A program made the position numbers and the translations under genes. The notes under the pieces were generated by a model. The model was given only the letters and a program-made list of their open reading frames with translations. It was not told the origin of the DNA and searched no databases. Below are positions 37,778 to 49,331 of a stretch of DNA of 64,000 nucleotides, piece by piece. Position 1 is the first letter of the stretch. Every line of letters starts with the position of its first letter. This DNA is from Perkinsela sp. CCAP 1560/9. Taxonomy: Eukaryota > Protista > Euglenozoa: Kinetoplastea. The DNA lies in contig CBFFSA010000001.1 of assembly GCA_965644495.1 (NCBI GenBank), positions 2,480,001 to 2,544,000 of the forward strand. Direction: 5' to 3'.

Positions 37778-38730
37778 GTCGCTTATCGGCTGATCCTATG
37801 AGATCACATTCGGGGAAGGAAATCAATTGCTAAATTTGATCTTTTTGCTTTTTACGAATTAAGTTCAAGGAACGCTGAAATGCAAGATAATCGCCAGGTT
37901 GAGCAAGATATGACACTTTGCTCCTGCAATATCTTTTGTTTTGTGCGAATTCAAGCAATTTTTTGCATATAGCAGTTCACGACGTTATATTAGTTTCAAG
38001 TAGGAAACCTTTTCACGCAATTAAACAAACATGCCGAAGAACATTCTTCATGCAATTTTAAAGGGCTCCTTGATGGTGTATGAATATCCTGCATTCTATT
38101 TTTAGTACCCTCCCTTTGTACTCACATATTTCGAAATTATGTTATTATTAAAGGTGGACTTTATGTCAAGGCGCTACGGTTTATGGAAAAAGCTTTGGTA
38201 TGACCATCTTTTGGTATTCCTTTGCGGTATTACTCGTGTATGAAGTTCAAGGCTTATAAATCTATCTTTTAGGGATGCTTATAAAAATGATTTGTAAGCG
38301 AAAGTGAATTTCCGAAAATTGGATTTTTATTATTCTTTCTCTTCTTTGTGATTTATACGATACCTCCACTTGTTTTTCTACTGTTCACCGTTTAATGTGA
38401 ATTCAAATTAAAGTTATTCGTTCTTTTCTATTTTCCCCTATTTCACAGTCTTCACTACTTTTGATCTTCACATGGAATTATTGCGGATTATGAAATGAGT
38501 GGCGTTCCGGTGTAGTTTTGGCAGAACACTCTTAACTAAAGCTGTATGTACATTGTTCTCATTTATGTGCGCATTGTACAGACTTTTGACGCTTGAAGAG
38601 AACTACCACTGCTCGCTTTTTTCTGAGCAACCGTTCATGATTTAGCCTTGCGTTTGCCTACGTTTTTCTGTGTCTCTGGGCCAATGGTACAGCTTGGAAG
38701 TTTGTAATAGTCTGGATTTCTTCAAAGACA

Positions 38731-41715
38731 ATGATATTTTCGCATTTGTTGGCACAGCTGTTGCTGTGCACGTGCATATTTTCAAACGAAGATTCCGTTC
38801 GCTGCATTTTTTCTATCTCGCACTCATTGCTTCCGTACAGTGAGCTTTCTGGGAATCCATGTGGTGTTTCCGATGCGTACCCCTGCGTGTCGGGGTGGGC
38901 TAATCGCAACGCTGCAATACGTAGCGCCCAGAAGGATGCCCCTGGGGGTTCTGATAGAACGTTCACAATGGTGACAGTGGACGACGAATCAGCCCTTGTG
39001 AGTTCACATTGCTTATTGTTTGGTTTAAACCACAAACTAGAAAGTGACGTGACCATTGATGCTTACGTGTTGCGCTCTGCCATTATGCTAAACACCAATG
39101 ACGATCGCGTAAATTCATGGTTTGCAGTGAAAAAAAGAAAAATCCCACCCGCTATCACGCTTTTGGTTCAAGAAGAAATTAATCCACTGCTCGCAACAAT
39201 TTTACATCCTGCTACGTTAAAGCGAATAGGTTCCCATGAGGTGCTTTTCATTAGTTTATTCGATCCTGGAGAAGCGTACTTCAAGGACCTAGAGCCGATG
39301 ATTCGTGCTCTGCATAATACTTATCTGCCTGATTTAACAATTCTCCTTGTCCGCTCAATCATAAGTGCCACAAAACTGCGTTTCATCGACAGTCCATATG
39401 TTGATGTGTTATTGTTTTTGAGACCGAACGCAACTTACGAACACTCTAAAAGAAAGTTTACACATCATGTTACAGTCAATGCAGAGATAGTATCCCTTTT
39501 CTGTTTGGACTGGGATTTCTCTCAAAGAAATATACATTCCGTTTCTTTACTGACTGTGAATGACGCCAGCACAGTTAATGTTAGATACCCACACCAGTTT
39601 GCAAACGACTCTAAAACATTGCAGCGAGAAATTGATACAGTTCTCGGAAAGGTTATTAGCGCTGATCGTCAGCCGAGAACCATATGTTTGCAGCAAGAAT
39701 GTAGTGCTGGAAATTTTCTTGCAGATGCTGTATACGCCGGGAATCCTCTCTTCTCGCCAGATATTGTCCTGATACCCTCCAGACTTGCTCAAGAAGTTAA
39801 CGGGGTTCAGGATGCTGCTCCGTCACAAGTCTGGACTTATATGCCTGATTATATACATGTCTCTAAGCATTATTTATACGGGTCTCAAATCTGGTTGTTG
39901 TTGAATAGTAGCATATGGAGCTTACCCCGGATGCCACTTCAAATGAGCGGCCTACGCATGGAATACGACGCTGTAGAACATAGCTCAGTTAATAGTACAC
40001 GATTATTGAATGTCGAAGTATACAATCGTAGCGAGAGTAGGTGGAACTCTCTAAAGAGAAATATTCTTTATGAGGTGGTCCTTTTAGAGAATGTGACGAA
40101 ATACGAGGTCAATCTGTTATCTGGTTCTGATTTAATTTACAAGTTTTTGCATTTCTCTACGCGGACTTCGCTACAGACGTTCTGCATACAGTGGATGTAT
40201 CAAATCAATAAACGTAGTCTACACCAAGGGTACCGTATTCGAGGTGATTATCGTCATTCGGGAAATCGAACTCCTTTTCTTCTACCTCCTTTGTTACGTG
40301 ACGAATGCCAATTCAACACGCGGTGGTTAGAATCATGTGGGGAGTGTGAGCCATGCCCTGTGGGGACCTATCAGCCTATTAGAGGACAAGAGTTTTGTAT
40401 ACCAGTCTCCGTAAAATTTCCTCTTTCGGAAGCAATCATTACTGCTCTAATACTTAGCACGATTATAGTTCTCATGCTTATGCTCTCTTTTCCTATTGTA
40501 TGGAAAGTTACAGATCACTACAAAAAAAACCGACTCCTTGTAAAGCAGCGCATGGTTGCGTGCGAGCTAGCAGAAGGAATAGCAAGTCAAAAACCCGATA
40601 AAGATATAATTTATGGTTGTTCCTTGTCACATTCCCTTTCCAATTCTATGCGTCGAATTTACGACACGTTGAAAAAAGTCGCAGAAACTTCTGGTTCCGT
40701 AAAGGGGCAGGGTTTCGTCATCAAAGAAATTTTTGCAAGGAATTCGTGCCTGTGGTATTGTCAGTATTTTAAGAGGACCGTTCTGAGAACAACGCACTGC
40801 CATATTTTTAACGAAGCCTCAAAAATACCAATAATTTTAAATTCCGTTCAATCTTTTTACTCACCGAGTAGCAAATGTTATACGATTTCTCCTATCTCGT
40901 CACCACCCAACGCAAGCGATTTTGAAAATGTTCCTCGCACTATTTCAAGGAGTAAAACTTCTGAATATCAAGGCAGTGAAAGTCAATGTGTTCTACTACC
41001 ATCTGGGGACAGTGGTCTGGACAACTACGGTTCAGTTATCAAGCTTGTTTCTCCGAAACTGCTGTCAGGAACATCCTTTTTTCATGTCAATAATTTGCCA
41101 CTCACGGAAAAGCTTTTTATTCTGCACCAAATTCGTTTTCTTCGACACAATAATCTTACACCATATTTAAGATACGTTGTCCGAGAAGATAGTATCACAG
41201 CTGTCCAAGATTACACGTATGGAAATAGCCTTTCCTATGTCTTAGATTGTTTTGGGAATCTGCCTATGCTGTTGGTTCGAAAATATGCACGAGATATATG
41301 TCTCGATGCCGCATTCTTGCAACGCAGTGGACATTCTCATGGTAATATATGTTTGAAAAACATTATTCTTATTGGGAGTAGATGTCGGGTAAGTGGCTTC
41401 TGTCTCCCACTTGATACGAGTGCAGATAAATGCAGTTTCTCAGACGTCCCAGAAGTCTATCGCTACCATGCGCACAATGTACACTCTCGAGATCCTTTCA
41501 CATACGTTCGGGCTATTGGTTGTATGGTCACTGTCATGCTGACTGGCAAGTTCTTTCAGGAACGTGAATGGGAAAAACAACTGACGAGAACAGTGGGGGA
41601 TGAGCAAGAGAGATACCTTGCAAAGTCATTCTGCTCACTTGCTCTTACTTGTCATCCTATGACGAGGCCAAGTCTGTCTAACTTGCTTAGTCACCCCTTT
41701 CTTCACGTTGAATAG
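38731..41715 (+). CDS. Single-pass receptor-like protein: 5'-nucleotidase-like ectodomain, Cys-rich repeat, TM helix, C-terminal pseudokinase
   Basis: 994-aa ORF with a hydrophobic N-terminus; ECSAGNFLADAV and QMSGLRMEYD (5'-NT C-domain-like); CEPCPVGTYQPIRGQEFC; TM AIITALILSTIIVLMLMLSFPIVW; HGNICLKNII ... RPSLSNLLSHPFL. Confidence 0.7.
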   Translation: MIFSHLLAQLLLCTCIFSNEDSVRCIFSISHSLLPYSELSGNPCGVSDAYPCVSGWANRNAAIRSAQKDAPGGSDRTFTMVTVDDESALVSSHCLLFGLNHKLESDVTIDAYVLRSAIMLNTNDDRVNSWFAVKKRKIPPAITLLVQEEINPLLATILHPATLKRIGSHEVLFISLFDPGEAYFKDLEPMIRALHNTYLPDLTILLVRSIISATKLRFIDSPYVDVLLFLRPNATYEHSKRKFTHHVTVNAEIVSLFCLDWDFSQRNIHSVSLLTVNDASTVNVRYPHQFANDSKTLQREIDTVLGKVISADRQPRTICLQQECSAGNFLADAVYAGNPLFSPDIVLIPSRLAQEVNGVQDAAPSQVWTYMPDYIHVSKHYLYGSQIWLLLNSSIWSLPRMPLQMSGLRMEYDAVEHSSVNSTRLLNVEVYNRSESRWNSLKRNILYEVVLLENVTKYEVNLLSGSDLIYKFLHFSTRTSLQTFCIQWMYQINKRSLHQGYRIRGDYRHSGNRTPFLLPPLLRDECQFNTRWLESCGECEPCPVGTYQPIRGQEFCIPVSVKFPLSEAIITALILSTIIVLMLMLSFPIVWKVTDHYKKNRLLVKQRMVACELAEGIASQKPDKDIIYGCSLSHSLSNSMRRIYDTLKKVAETSGSVKGQGFVIKEIFARNSCLWYCQYFKRTVLRTTHCHIFNEASKIPIILNSVQSFYSPSSKCYTISPISSPPNASDFENVPRTISRSKTSEYQGSESQCVLLPSGDSGLDNYGSVIKLVSPKLLSGTSFFHVNNLPLTEKLFILHQIRFLRHNNLTPYLRYVVREDSITAVQDYTYGNSLSYVLDCFGNLPMLLVRKYARDICLDAAFLQRSGHSHGNICLKNIILIGSRCRVSGFCLPLDTSADKCSFSDVPEVYRYHAHNVHSRDPFTYVRAIGCMVTVMLTGKFFQEREWEKQLTRTVGDEQERYLAKSFCSLALTCHPMTRPSLSNLLSHPFLHVE

Positions 41716-42054
41716 TTTTAAGGAAGGAATTTCATTTGCAACACAGAATGTCACATTCTGTGCTATTAAGCCAGTTTATGTGTCCCAATTTTGTGTACAC
41801 TGTGCTTCCTCAGCGATCATTCCAGTACTTTGTAAAAGTCTCGCTATCTTTATTCTCTTTTATAGAAGAGAATTGTGTCTGTCAAGGCCTTGCTGACCTT
41901 TTTGAATAAATAACGGCTACAATTAAAACAAATTTCTTAATTATTACAACAAATAAGTAATTATTAAGTAAAGCAATATTAATTATATGGCTCGTTGTCG
42001 CAGGTATGCAGTATTTATACTCATCTTACGCATTTTCCTTCATTAACTCATATC

Positions 42055-42363
42055 ATGTCTCGTCAAACAGAATTCGTTCAACGCATTTTGGAGGCAGAGA
42101 AACGACGAAACGAAATAGTTCAAGAGGCCAAAAAGAATAAACAGCAAAGATTGCGTCAGGCACGCAAAGATGCTGAAACAGAGATTATTGCCTTTCAAGC
42201 TGAGAGAAATAATGAGCTTGAAGAGTACAAGAAATCGGCATGTGATTTAGTCTACGAAGAAGTCCCCATACTTTCAAGTGCAAGTCGAATCAACGAAAGA
42301 ACTAACAAAAGAATTGATGACGTCGCAGAATTTTTATTCCAGCGCGTGTCTAATTTTGCTTAA
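42055..42363 (+). CDS. VMA10: V-type ATPase subunit G
   Basis: VQRILEAEKRRNEIVQEAKKNKQQRLRQARKDAETEI; 102 aa. Confidence 0.88.
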   Translation: MSRQTEFVQRILEAEKRRNEIVQEAKKNKQQRLRQARKDAETEIIAFQAERNNELEEYKKSACDLVYEEVPILSSASRINERTNKRIDDVAEFLFQRVSNFA

Positions 42364-42938
42364 AATTTTGTTCGAAGACTTTTTAACCATGGGTAGTAAT
42401 ATCTCACAAGACCAAAAAAATATCTCACAAGACACGCAGTCTAACTCAGAAGGGCCAGTGATAAATAGAAACTGGTCATTTGGCAAATGCTTAACTTAAG
42501 TTGGACATCAAATTTCTATGTACTATGCACCTCGATTTATGCGTTAGTCCTAGACGACCTGTTTATACGCATATCTATTTCACTACAATTTTTGATATTG
42601 TGGCTGGTATCATCTTCTTGAGTGATGGTTGTCACCAGGAATTCGTATATTTGGGCCTTCATGTACAACATTCCTGTTATGACTGCTTTAAACTTTTGAT
42701 TTAGTGCACATCATACTTTGATATAGACTGTTCAAGTAGAGCTCATGCGAAATTATCTATTATGCATGTAATACGTTTTGTTCTATCTACAGAAAATACA
42801 GAACGAACTATGCTGTGAACATGCCGTATCGTCGAAGTGTTATGGATTTGCTTATTGAGCAGTTTGACTCAACGTAAATCGGGAATATCACCGTGAAAAG
42901 GAGGTGGAAAACATTTTCAGTACAAGACGCAATACGCG

Positions 42939-44579
42939 ATGGTTGGTGCGTCATGTCTCTTTTGTAATATAAAACATAAGGCAGTTCCTATTGCTCGCAG
43001 TACACTATCTCACCAAAAAAATAAAGAAATTAATAATGCTGTCGACAGGATGATGAATGCTTCGAACGGGTTAGTTCTTGTTGTACACGGTCCTCCAGGA
43101 TGCGGCAAGCGCACTTCGATGGACTTAATGATTGCAGAAAGACAGATTTCTTGTAGAAGAGTGTTTAATGAGGAGTGGACTATTCGTGAGCTTGCGCTTC
43201 TGCTGAATAGCTCTCTAGACAATAGATCCTACGTGACGGTATTCGAAAATGTTATTCCTCAAAGTACATGTCCATTGCAGAGGGCGTTTCGAGACAGATT
43301 AACCGACCGATTTCTTGCTCAAGTACGTGAGGCACGAATCAAAGCGATTTTTATGTGCACCACCTCAGACGTCTACAGCGAACGAACCGCACTGCGAGAG
43401 TGGTTTTCGGAACAGTTTTTGGTATCCTCGAATGTGGAATTCATACGTGTCCCACCAGTTACGACAGCTTCTATCAAGCGTTGCCTGGAACACATAACGA
43501 ACCTTTGCCATTTTTCTTCCGAAATTGGGATCAGAGACACAATTTCGGGCATAGCGGAGGATGCAGGTGATATTCGTGCTGCTACCGTGCAACTGCAGTG
43601 GGTTCTTCTAAAGTACCGATCTTCACGTAAGACTACGAAAGCCGAACCGTCGCACCAGCAAACTGGTATACTCTTGCCAAAGAAAGGTGTCGACGTTATC
43701 GACATCGATAAAGAACCAGTAAAGCAAACCAGTGTAATTCCGAACCCGCAGAATAGAGATGCTTATCTGAATATAGGTCATGCAACGGCACGTTTTCTCT
43801 ACGGAAGACCTTATACTGTGCAAGAAATATTATACAGTTTGCCAGAAGTGTCAGGAATGCGTTTGCTTTCTTTTTTTCATCATAACATGCTTCAATTTTT
43901 TGATGCAGAAAACATAGAAGGCGCAGCCGCTGTCTATTTGGACATAGCGTGTGCGGACGAAATCATTCCAACATCATCCTCAAACTTCTTTGTGCGAGAA
44001 ATACTTCCTTTGGAATGTGTCATCTGTGCATATCGTACTTTCAACGCTAATCCAAATGTTGCTAAAAAATGGCAACCGTGCACAGCTCCTCCCTTTATGC
44101 CGAAATGTTCTGTTTCTTACACGAAATGGCGTCAGGATGAAGATGATTGTTTATTGCACTCTATTCTTTTTTGTGATGAACTACTTCTTCCTGATGCACT
44201 CCCACCTACCAAAGAATCGAAAAAGAGTGACTCCCTCCCAACAATTCTTGAAACAAAAAATATTCATAGTGGTTCAAGAAACTGGAGGTCTAAATTGGCA
44301 GTAGACGGAAATAGAATCCTTCCTTTAAGTAAGAAAATAGCAAGAACCTCAGCTCCTTCTATTGAAGCGAAATATGAAAGAAAAAAGCGAAGTCTACCGA
44401 AGCATTTCGTAGCTTCGCTTTGGTCATCGTATAATGCTGCTGATCCTGAAGGGTGGAAAAAACATTTACGAGAAGAATATTACGACGTTGTGTCAGCAGA
44501 TAATCATTCTGTGTCTGGCGACACTTGCGTCAGTAACAACGACGACGAAATAGAGGATTCCGATGATCTTCAGGAGTGA
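42939..44579 (+). CDS. RAD17: Rad17/Rad24-like checkpoint clamp-loader ATPase
   Basis: HGPPGCGK Walker A, GDIRAATVQLQ, RDAYLNIGHATARFLY, acidic tail. Confidence 0.72.
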   Translation: MVGASCLFCNIKHKAVPIARSTLSHQKNKEINNAVDRMMNASNGLVLVVHGPPGCGKRTSMDLMIAERQISCRRVFNEEWTIRELALLLNSSLDNRSYVTVFENVIPQSTCPLQRAFRDRLTDRFLAQVREARIKAIFMCTTSDVYSERTALREWFSEQFLVSSNVEFIRVPPVTTASIKRCLEHITNLCHFSSEIGIRDTISGIAEDAGDIRAATVQLQWVLLKYRSSRKTTKAEPSHQQTGILLPKKGVDVIDIDKEPVKQTSVIPNPQNRDAYLNIGHATARFLYGRPYTVQEILYSLPEVSGMRLLSFFHHNMLQFFDAENIEGAAAVYLDIACADEIIPTSSSNFFVREILPLECVICAYRTFNANPNVAKKWQPCTAPPFMPKCSVSYTKWRQDEDDCLLHSILFCDELLLPDALPPTKESKKSDSLPTILETKNIHSGSRNWRSKLAVDGNRILPLSKKIARTSAPSIEAKYERKKRSLPKHFVASLWSSYNAADPEGWKKHLREEYYDVVSADNHSVSGDTCVSNNDDEIEDSDDLQE

Positions 44580-44847
44580 AACGCAAATTTTCTCTCGCAG
44601 AAATATGCATTTATACGTTATCCACATACAGTATCGGTCTTTTATCATGCCGTGTATCTCAATTAAATTGTGTTAATTAAAAAAATTACTATTCCCACCG
44701 AAAGAACTATTTTCTGCTCTTTTTGCTGTGTCTAGTCTTTATCCTTGCACCTTATCATAACGTACACGTACACTCTTCTTGTTCCGTGTCTTTCCATTAA
44801 AACTGTACCTTAGTATTTCACCTTTGCATTCTTAGCACGAGATTTTC

Positions 44848-45678
44848 ATGAGAGGAGGACCTATGGGCCGAGGAGGTGGACCTATGCGAGGGGGTCGTGC
44901 CCGAGGCGGGATTGGTGGAGGACGTGGTAGGGGTTCAGGTCGCGGTCGCGGAGGTTCCATGGGGAAACCTAAAAGTGCGGAAATCAGTGCTCACCATCGC
45001 TTTCCCGGGGTGTTCGTTTCCGGGGGTAAGGCACTGTGCACTCAGAGTCAGGTCCCCGGGGTAAATGTATACGGAGAGAAGAAAATAAATGTAAAGTTAC
45101 AGGAGGAGGATGAGGCTAACACGGAATTTCGCGTGTGGAATCCGTACCGGTCAAAGCTCGCGGCGGGTATTTACAACGGCATAGAAAAAATGTACGTCGC
45201 TCCGGGAGAGAAGGTACTCTATCTGGGAGCTGCCAGCGGAACCACTGTTTCGCACGTCAGTGATGTCGTCGGCTCGGAAGGAGTAGTGTATGCCGTCGAG
45301 TTCTCATTAAGATGCGGAAGGGATCTAGAGGAAATGTCAAAGCATCGACCGAATATTGTGCCCATAGTTGAAGACGCGCGTCACCCGTGGAAATATCGAA
45401 TGCTGATCCCCGGACTTGTAGATGCTATCTTTATGGACGTAGCACAACCTGATCAGGCTCGAATCATTGCTTTGAATGCTAAACATTTTCTGAAAAGTGG
45501 GGGTGGCTTTGCTATTTCAATCAAGGCGAACTGCGTCGATAGCACCGCAGAGCCAGAAGTGGTCTTTGCCTCTGAGGTTGCAAAATTAAAAAAGGAGAAA
45601 CTGCGACCGAAAGAGCAAGTGACGTTGGAACCTTTTGAACGAGGTCATGCACTTGTGGCTGGCGTCTACAAACCTTAA
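44848..45678 (+). CDS. NOP1: Fibrillarin (rRNA 2'-O-methyltransferase)
   Basis: RGG N-terminus, [40 protein letters not shown]. Confidence 0.99.
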   Translation: MRGGPMGRGGGPMRGGRARGGIGGGRGRGSGRGRGGSMGKPKSAEISAHHRFPGVFVSGGKALCTQSQVPGVNVYGEKKINVKLQEEDEANTEFRVWNPYRSKLAAGIYNGIEKMYVAPGEKVLYLGAASGTTVSHVSDVVGSEGVVYAVEFSLRCGRDLEEMSKHRPNIVPIVEDARHPWKYRMLIPGLVDAIFMDVAQPDQARIIALNAKHFLKSGGGFAISIKANCVDSTAEPEVVFASEVAKLKKEKLRPKEQVTLEPFERGHALVAGVYKP

Positions 45679-46059
45679 AGAACGAAAGCTATCTTGATTC
45701 GAGGCCAATACTGCATAATGGTTCTACTCGGCCTAGTATAGAACTCCTTATATAGAACTCCTTTATAGCTAATAACATTATGTGAAGGAGATATTCTGTT
45801 ATTTTTACTCACTGATAATTTTAGCAGCGATAGGTGCGTACATACATTAAATCTTTTTTCTTTGCTTAGCCACTTTCAACTAGCATTGAAGCTACGGTTT
45901 CTGTAATTTTTTTCGATACTTTCATTGTACATAGGCACGCATGTTAATTTTAATCTTGATTACTTGGGATACGGATCGTCAATTTTTATGTTGCTTTTAG
46001 TCACTCAAATTTTTCATCTCTTAGAGTGAGAGATAAATTACTCATTATTCACGGTGTCT

Positions 46060-49044
46060 ATGGAAACCCGTAAAAAAGAAACCATCCTCGAGACACAACC
46101 TCGAGAAAGTGGTGAAGTCCGTAGTCTCGACTCCGAAACTGTGATTCCAATACACAACGTATCTGCTCTCAAGGCATGTGACAGTATACAAGGGAATTTG
46201 TCTCCAGATTCGCCTCATCATGCAGCAAATTCGCAGAAGAATTCACCTATTCTAGATAATTCCGTTGAGCACAGCGTTCCGTGGGATTTGCGTGCCGTTG
46301 GTTCTGCTGACAGCACTCCAATCTTTGGGTTTCTGAGCAATCGATTTTTCTGGGGCAAAATAGACTTTGCTCTGCGGGTGGCTCTTTTATGCATATTACC
46401 GACTTCACTGCTGCTTAATTTAGAAGCGACAAAACATTGTTTTACTTCTACGCCAATCATGACTATGGGCTCTATTTTGGGATATCGGGCAACGGTTGGT
46501 GAGACCGTAAGTTTCTTGTTTCACACTCTAAGCGGTGCCGTGTTTGTTCTTCCCGTGGGAACAGCTGTGTCGCTTCTCAATCTGCATCAAAACGGACTAC
46601 TATGGGGTGTGGCCTATGCATTATTGACGTTCATTTTCGGTGCATTGTGCATAGACGATCGTTGTAAGAGAATTAGCTTGTTGTTACTGACTGTCTCATG
46701 CGTTGGACACTACAGAACAATGGAGGCCGGCGTGGAAGATGTTTGGTTAACTTCCCGATTGGTAAGCGAGTTCTTCCTTGGAGTCGGCTTCGGAGTGTTT
46801 GCTCAATTTTTTCCCTATCCGCGCCGGGCGACCCAGGAAGTTGATACAACACTTCATGCCATCTCAAGAGATATTAGTTTGTGCTTTGCTGGGCTTTGCG
46901 ATTCATTTTGGTGTGGAAAAAATATGGATCGAAACGTAAATCTCGTGCGCATTCGATTTGCAAAGAGGGCGCTCGAGCAAAATTTTCACGAGTTGCAGGA
47001 GAGTAGCAAAGACTCCATGACGGAGCCTGAACTGCTGCATACAACCAGAGAACGCGAATCCAAGAGGTATGTTTTCGAACAACTAAACGAGATATTGCTC
47101 TCTATGCTACGAGTTGTGGAAAATCTGTCGCAAGTGTCGGATGCAGTGTTAAACTCTCGGCGAATGGAGGCCTGGGCAAATACGCTTTCCATTCCGCTGA
47201 AAGACCTTGTCCGTGACGCTGAGGCTATTTGCTTTGGGCTTGGTGAAACAGGGTCCTTAAAAGATGCTGACCTGAAGCTTTCCTCGCTGGAGACTTGTCT
47301 CGATCGATTCGAAGATAAAATTCTGGATGGGCGCCGAAGAATTAATTACGGTTTGGGAAGGCCACCTACTCCTCAAGAAGTTGAAAATAATGCGCTTATT
47401 AACTTTTTCAACTTTCATGTACGGACATTCTGCACTGTATTACTCGCTATACGTTCGTCGAAGCAGGAACGTCCTAAATGCCTACCGCTTTGGAAAACCT
47501 ATCTTCTGAAGGGTCCCAAGGATTTGATCGATAGAATCTTTCGCTATGTTACATTCCAATATTCGAATCACGACCTTCGTCGTCTGAAAGAGTCTTTTAA
47601 GACGAGTCTAGCGCTAACGCTTTCTGTCGCCTTTTTTGCCATGCATAGTCCGCGTTATGCGTGGCTCACGGGGCCTACCATCGTATGTTTCGTTGCTTCT
47701 GATGATCCTGGGTCCGCTGTTGTAGGAGCAGCTCAACGTCTTTTTGGCACACTGATGGGTGCAGTTATAGGTTTCTCAGCCGGTTCCCTTGTGCACTCAA
47801 CGACTGGGCTAGTTATTGCATCTTGTGTTACATTGTTCGCATTTAATTTGGCACGAACTGGGAAGGCTTACGGAACTGCTGCTTTTTACGGTTGCTTTGT
47901 TCTTGTTGGGATGCTAACACCGGGCATAGACACAGATGAGGCTATTGTACGTATCATGCAAAACACGTTTTCTGTCATGATATACATTGTTATTTCTCTA
48001 CTCCTCTTCCCCACTTCTGCCAGGGCTGAACTTATTGCTCAAAGAACGATTACAATGAAGCACTTAGCAGCATCTCTGTCTTCTTGTTTGGCGGTCTTTG
48101 GCAAGCGTCTAAGCTCCATTTGCGACTTGGAAACGTCTCTGTCTGCTATGAAAAAATCGTTGGCGCTGGAGAGCACATGGCTTTCTCTGGCAGAAGATGA
48201 ACCAGATATGCGACGCACACCGTACCCTGTGTACTCAAGTGGCAAGCTGCACCGTGTGTTTCTAAACATGCATGCAATCTTGGAAACGAGCAGTGCAGCA
48301 TGGAAACTTATGTTTAGCGTTCCCTCTGTACAAGAAGTACAATCATCCGAAAAAATGCAGTACCGATCCCCTAGTCAAGACAAAATAGTATTGCGACGAA
48401 ATTCTGTACTCCGACCAAACTACGCAGCAATCCAAAAGGGAATAATCAACGGAAAATGTCATGAAAAACATCATCTTTCTGAAGCTGCGATTTCGATACT
48501 TTCCACCTTGGAACCTGTTGGGAATGAAATCGGGGAGCACTGCAAGTCCATAGTATGCATGCTCATAATATCCCTTCTTAAGAAACATTCGGCATTGGCT
48601 TCGGAAATTGTTTCGCATTCTACAAAGCTTACGGAACTGATCAATGTTCTACGTCACTACCGTGACAGAGAATTACGTGGCATGATACAACATGCGCTTG
48701 AAAATGTGGCAGAAGAAGCAGGCAGCTCCACGAAGCTATCGAGTGTGGAAGATCTACATTCTCAAGGAAGTGTGAAGGATGAGATTGAATCCTCGAAACC
48801 GTTTCTATCATGTACCGAATTTCTTGGACATCAGAGTATTAGCATGAAGCCAGATGACGATGATCTTTGTGAGTCGACTCAGTTTTCGACTCCTTATCCT
48901 AAGCATCAGCCAATGCCTATCCGAAGTGAAGAAGCGGAGGGAGTTCATGCCGTCATTTATTCGCTATCTCTGTTCGCGGCAGAACTACGAGAAGCTCTTC
49001 TCTGTGTTGAAGATTTACAACAAGCGGAATTAGCCGAAGTTTGA
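46060..49044 (+). CDS. Multi-pass membrane protein, FUSC/ArAE/ALMT-like exporter
   Basis: Two hydrophobic blocks, each followed by helical cytosolic regions; QRLFGTLMGAVIG and ISLLLFP motifs. Confidence 0.72.
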   Translation: METRKKETILETQPRESGEVRSLDSETVIPIHNVSALKACDSIQGNLSPDSPHHAANSQKNSPILDNSVEHSVPWDLRAVGSADSTPIFGFLSNRFFWGKIDFALRVALLCILPTSLLLNLEATKHCFTSTPIMTMGSILGYRATVGETVSFLFHTLSGAVFVLPVGTAVSLLNLHQNGLLWGVAYALLTFIFGALCIDDRCKRISLLLLTVSCVGHYRTMEAGVEDVWLTSRLVSEFFLGVGFGVFAQFFPYPRRATQEVDTTLHAISRDISLCFAGLCDSFWCGKNMDRNVNLVRIRFAKRALEQNFHELQESSKDSMTEPELLHTTRERESKRYVFEQLNEILLSMLRVVENLSQVSDAVLNSRRMEAWANTLSIPLKDLVRDAEAICFGLGETGSLKDADLKLSSLETCLDRFEDKILDGRRRINYGLGRPPTPQEVENNALINFFNFHVRTFCTVLLAIRSSKQERPKCLPLWKTYLLKGPKDLIDRIFRYVTFQYSNHDLRRLKESFKTSLALTLSVAFFAMHSPRYAWLTGPTIVCFVASDDPGSAVVGAAQRLFGTLMGAVIGFSAGSLVHSTTGLVIASCVTLFAFNLARTGKAYGTAAFYGCFVLVGMLTPGIDTDEAIVRIMQNTFSVMIYIVISLLLFPTSARAELIAQRTITMKHLAASLSSCLAVFGKRLSSICDLETSLSAMKKSLALESTWLSLAEDEPDMRRTPYPVYSSGKLHRVFLNMHAILETSSAAWKLMFSVPSVQEVQSSEKMQYRSPSQDKIVLRRNSVLRPNYAAIQKGIINGKCHEKHHLSEAAISILSTLEPVGNEIGEHCKSIVCMLIISLLKKHSALASEIVSHSTKLTELINVLRHYRDRELRGMIQHALENVAEEAGSSTKLSSVEDLHSQGSVKDEIESSKPFLSCTEFLGHQSISMKPDDDDLCESTQFSTPYPKHQPMPIRSEEAEGVHAVIYSLSLFAAELREALLCVEDLQQAELAEV

Positions 49045-49331
49045 GGATCGAGTGATTATTTAACATGCTAAAGTCTTGGGCGACTATTGAGCAAAAGCAC
49101 ACTCGAACTGGACTCCATTTTTTGTCGCAAAAGAGTTGCTTACACCTGTTTTGCTGTTTTTATTGACTTTACATTTAGCTCTACATTTTACTCTTACACA
49201 AATCATACGAAGTATACAGTAGCCTGCAGTGTATGACAGTGTTTATAAAACGTTGCACTCAAACAGTTCACTTAACCTCCGCAACACTACTAAACCCTTT
49301 ACACTTGTAACTACAACCCCACACTTCAAAA

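Larger units (their letters stand above)
22918..37950 (+). repeat. HSP90 tandem gene array, 2,587-bp unit, at least 6 copies
   Basis: Stop codons at 24842, 27429, 30016, 32603, 35190 and 37777. Confidence 0.98.

Noticed and set aside
23102-37826. Many antisense and alternative-frame ORFs over HSP90 (and PEPCK, ELP3)
   Set aside because: Expected shadows of GC3-biased coding sequence.
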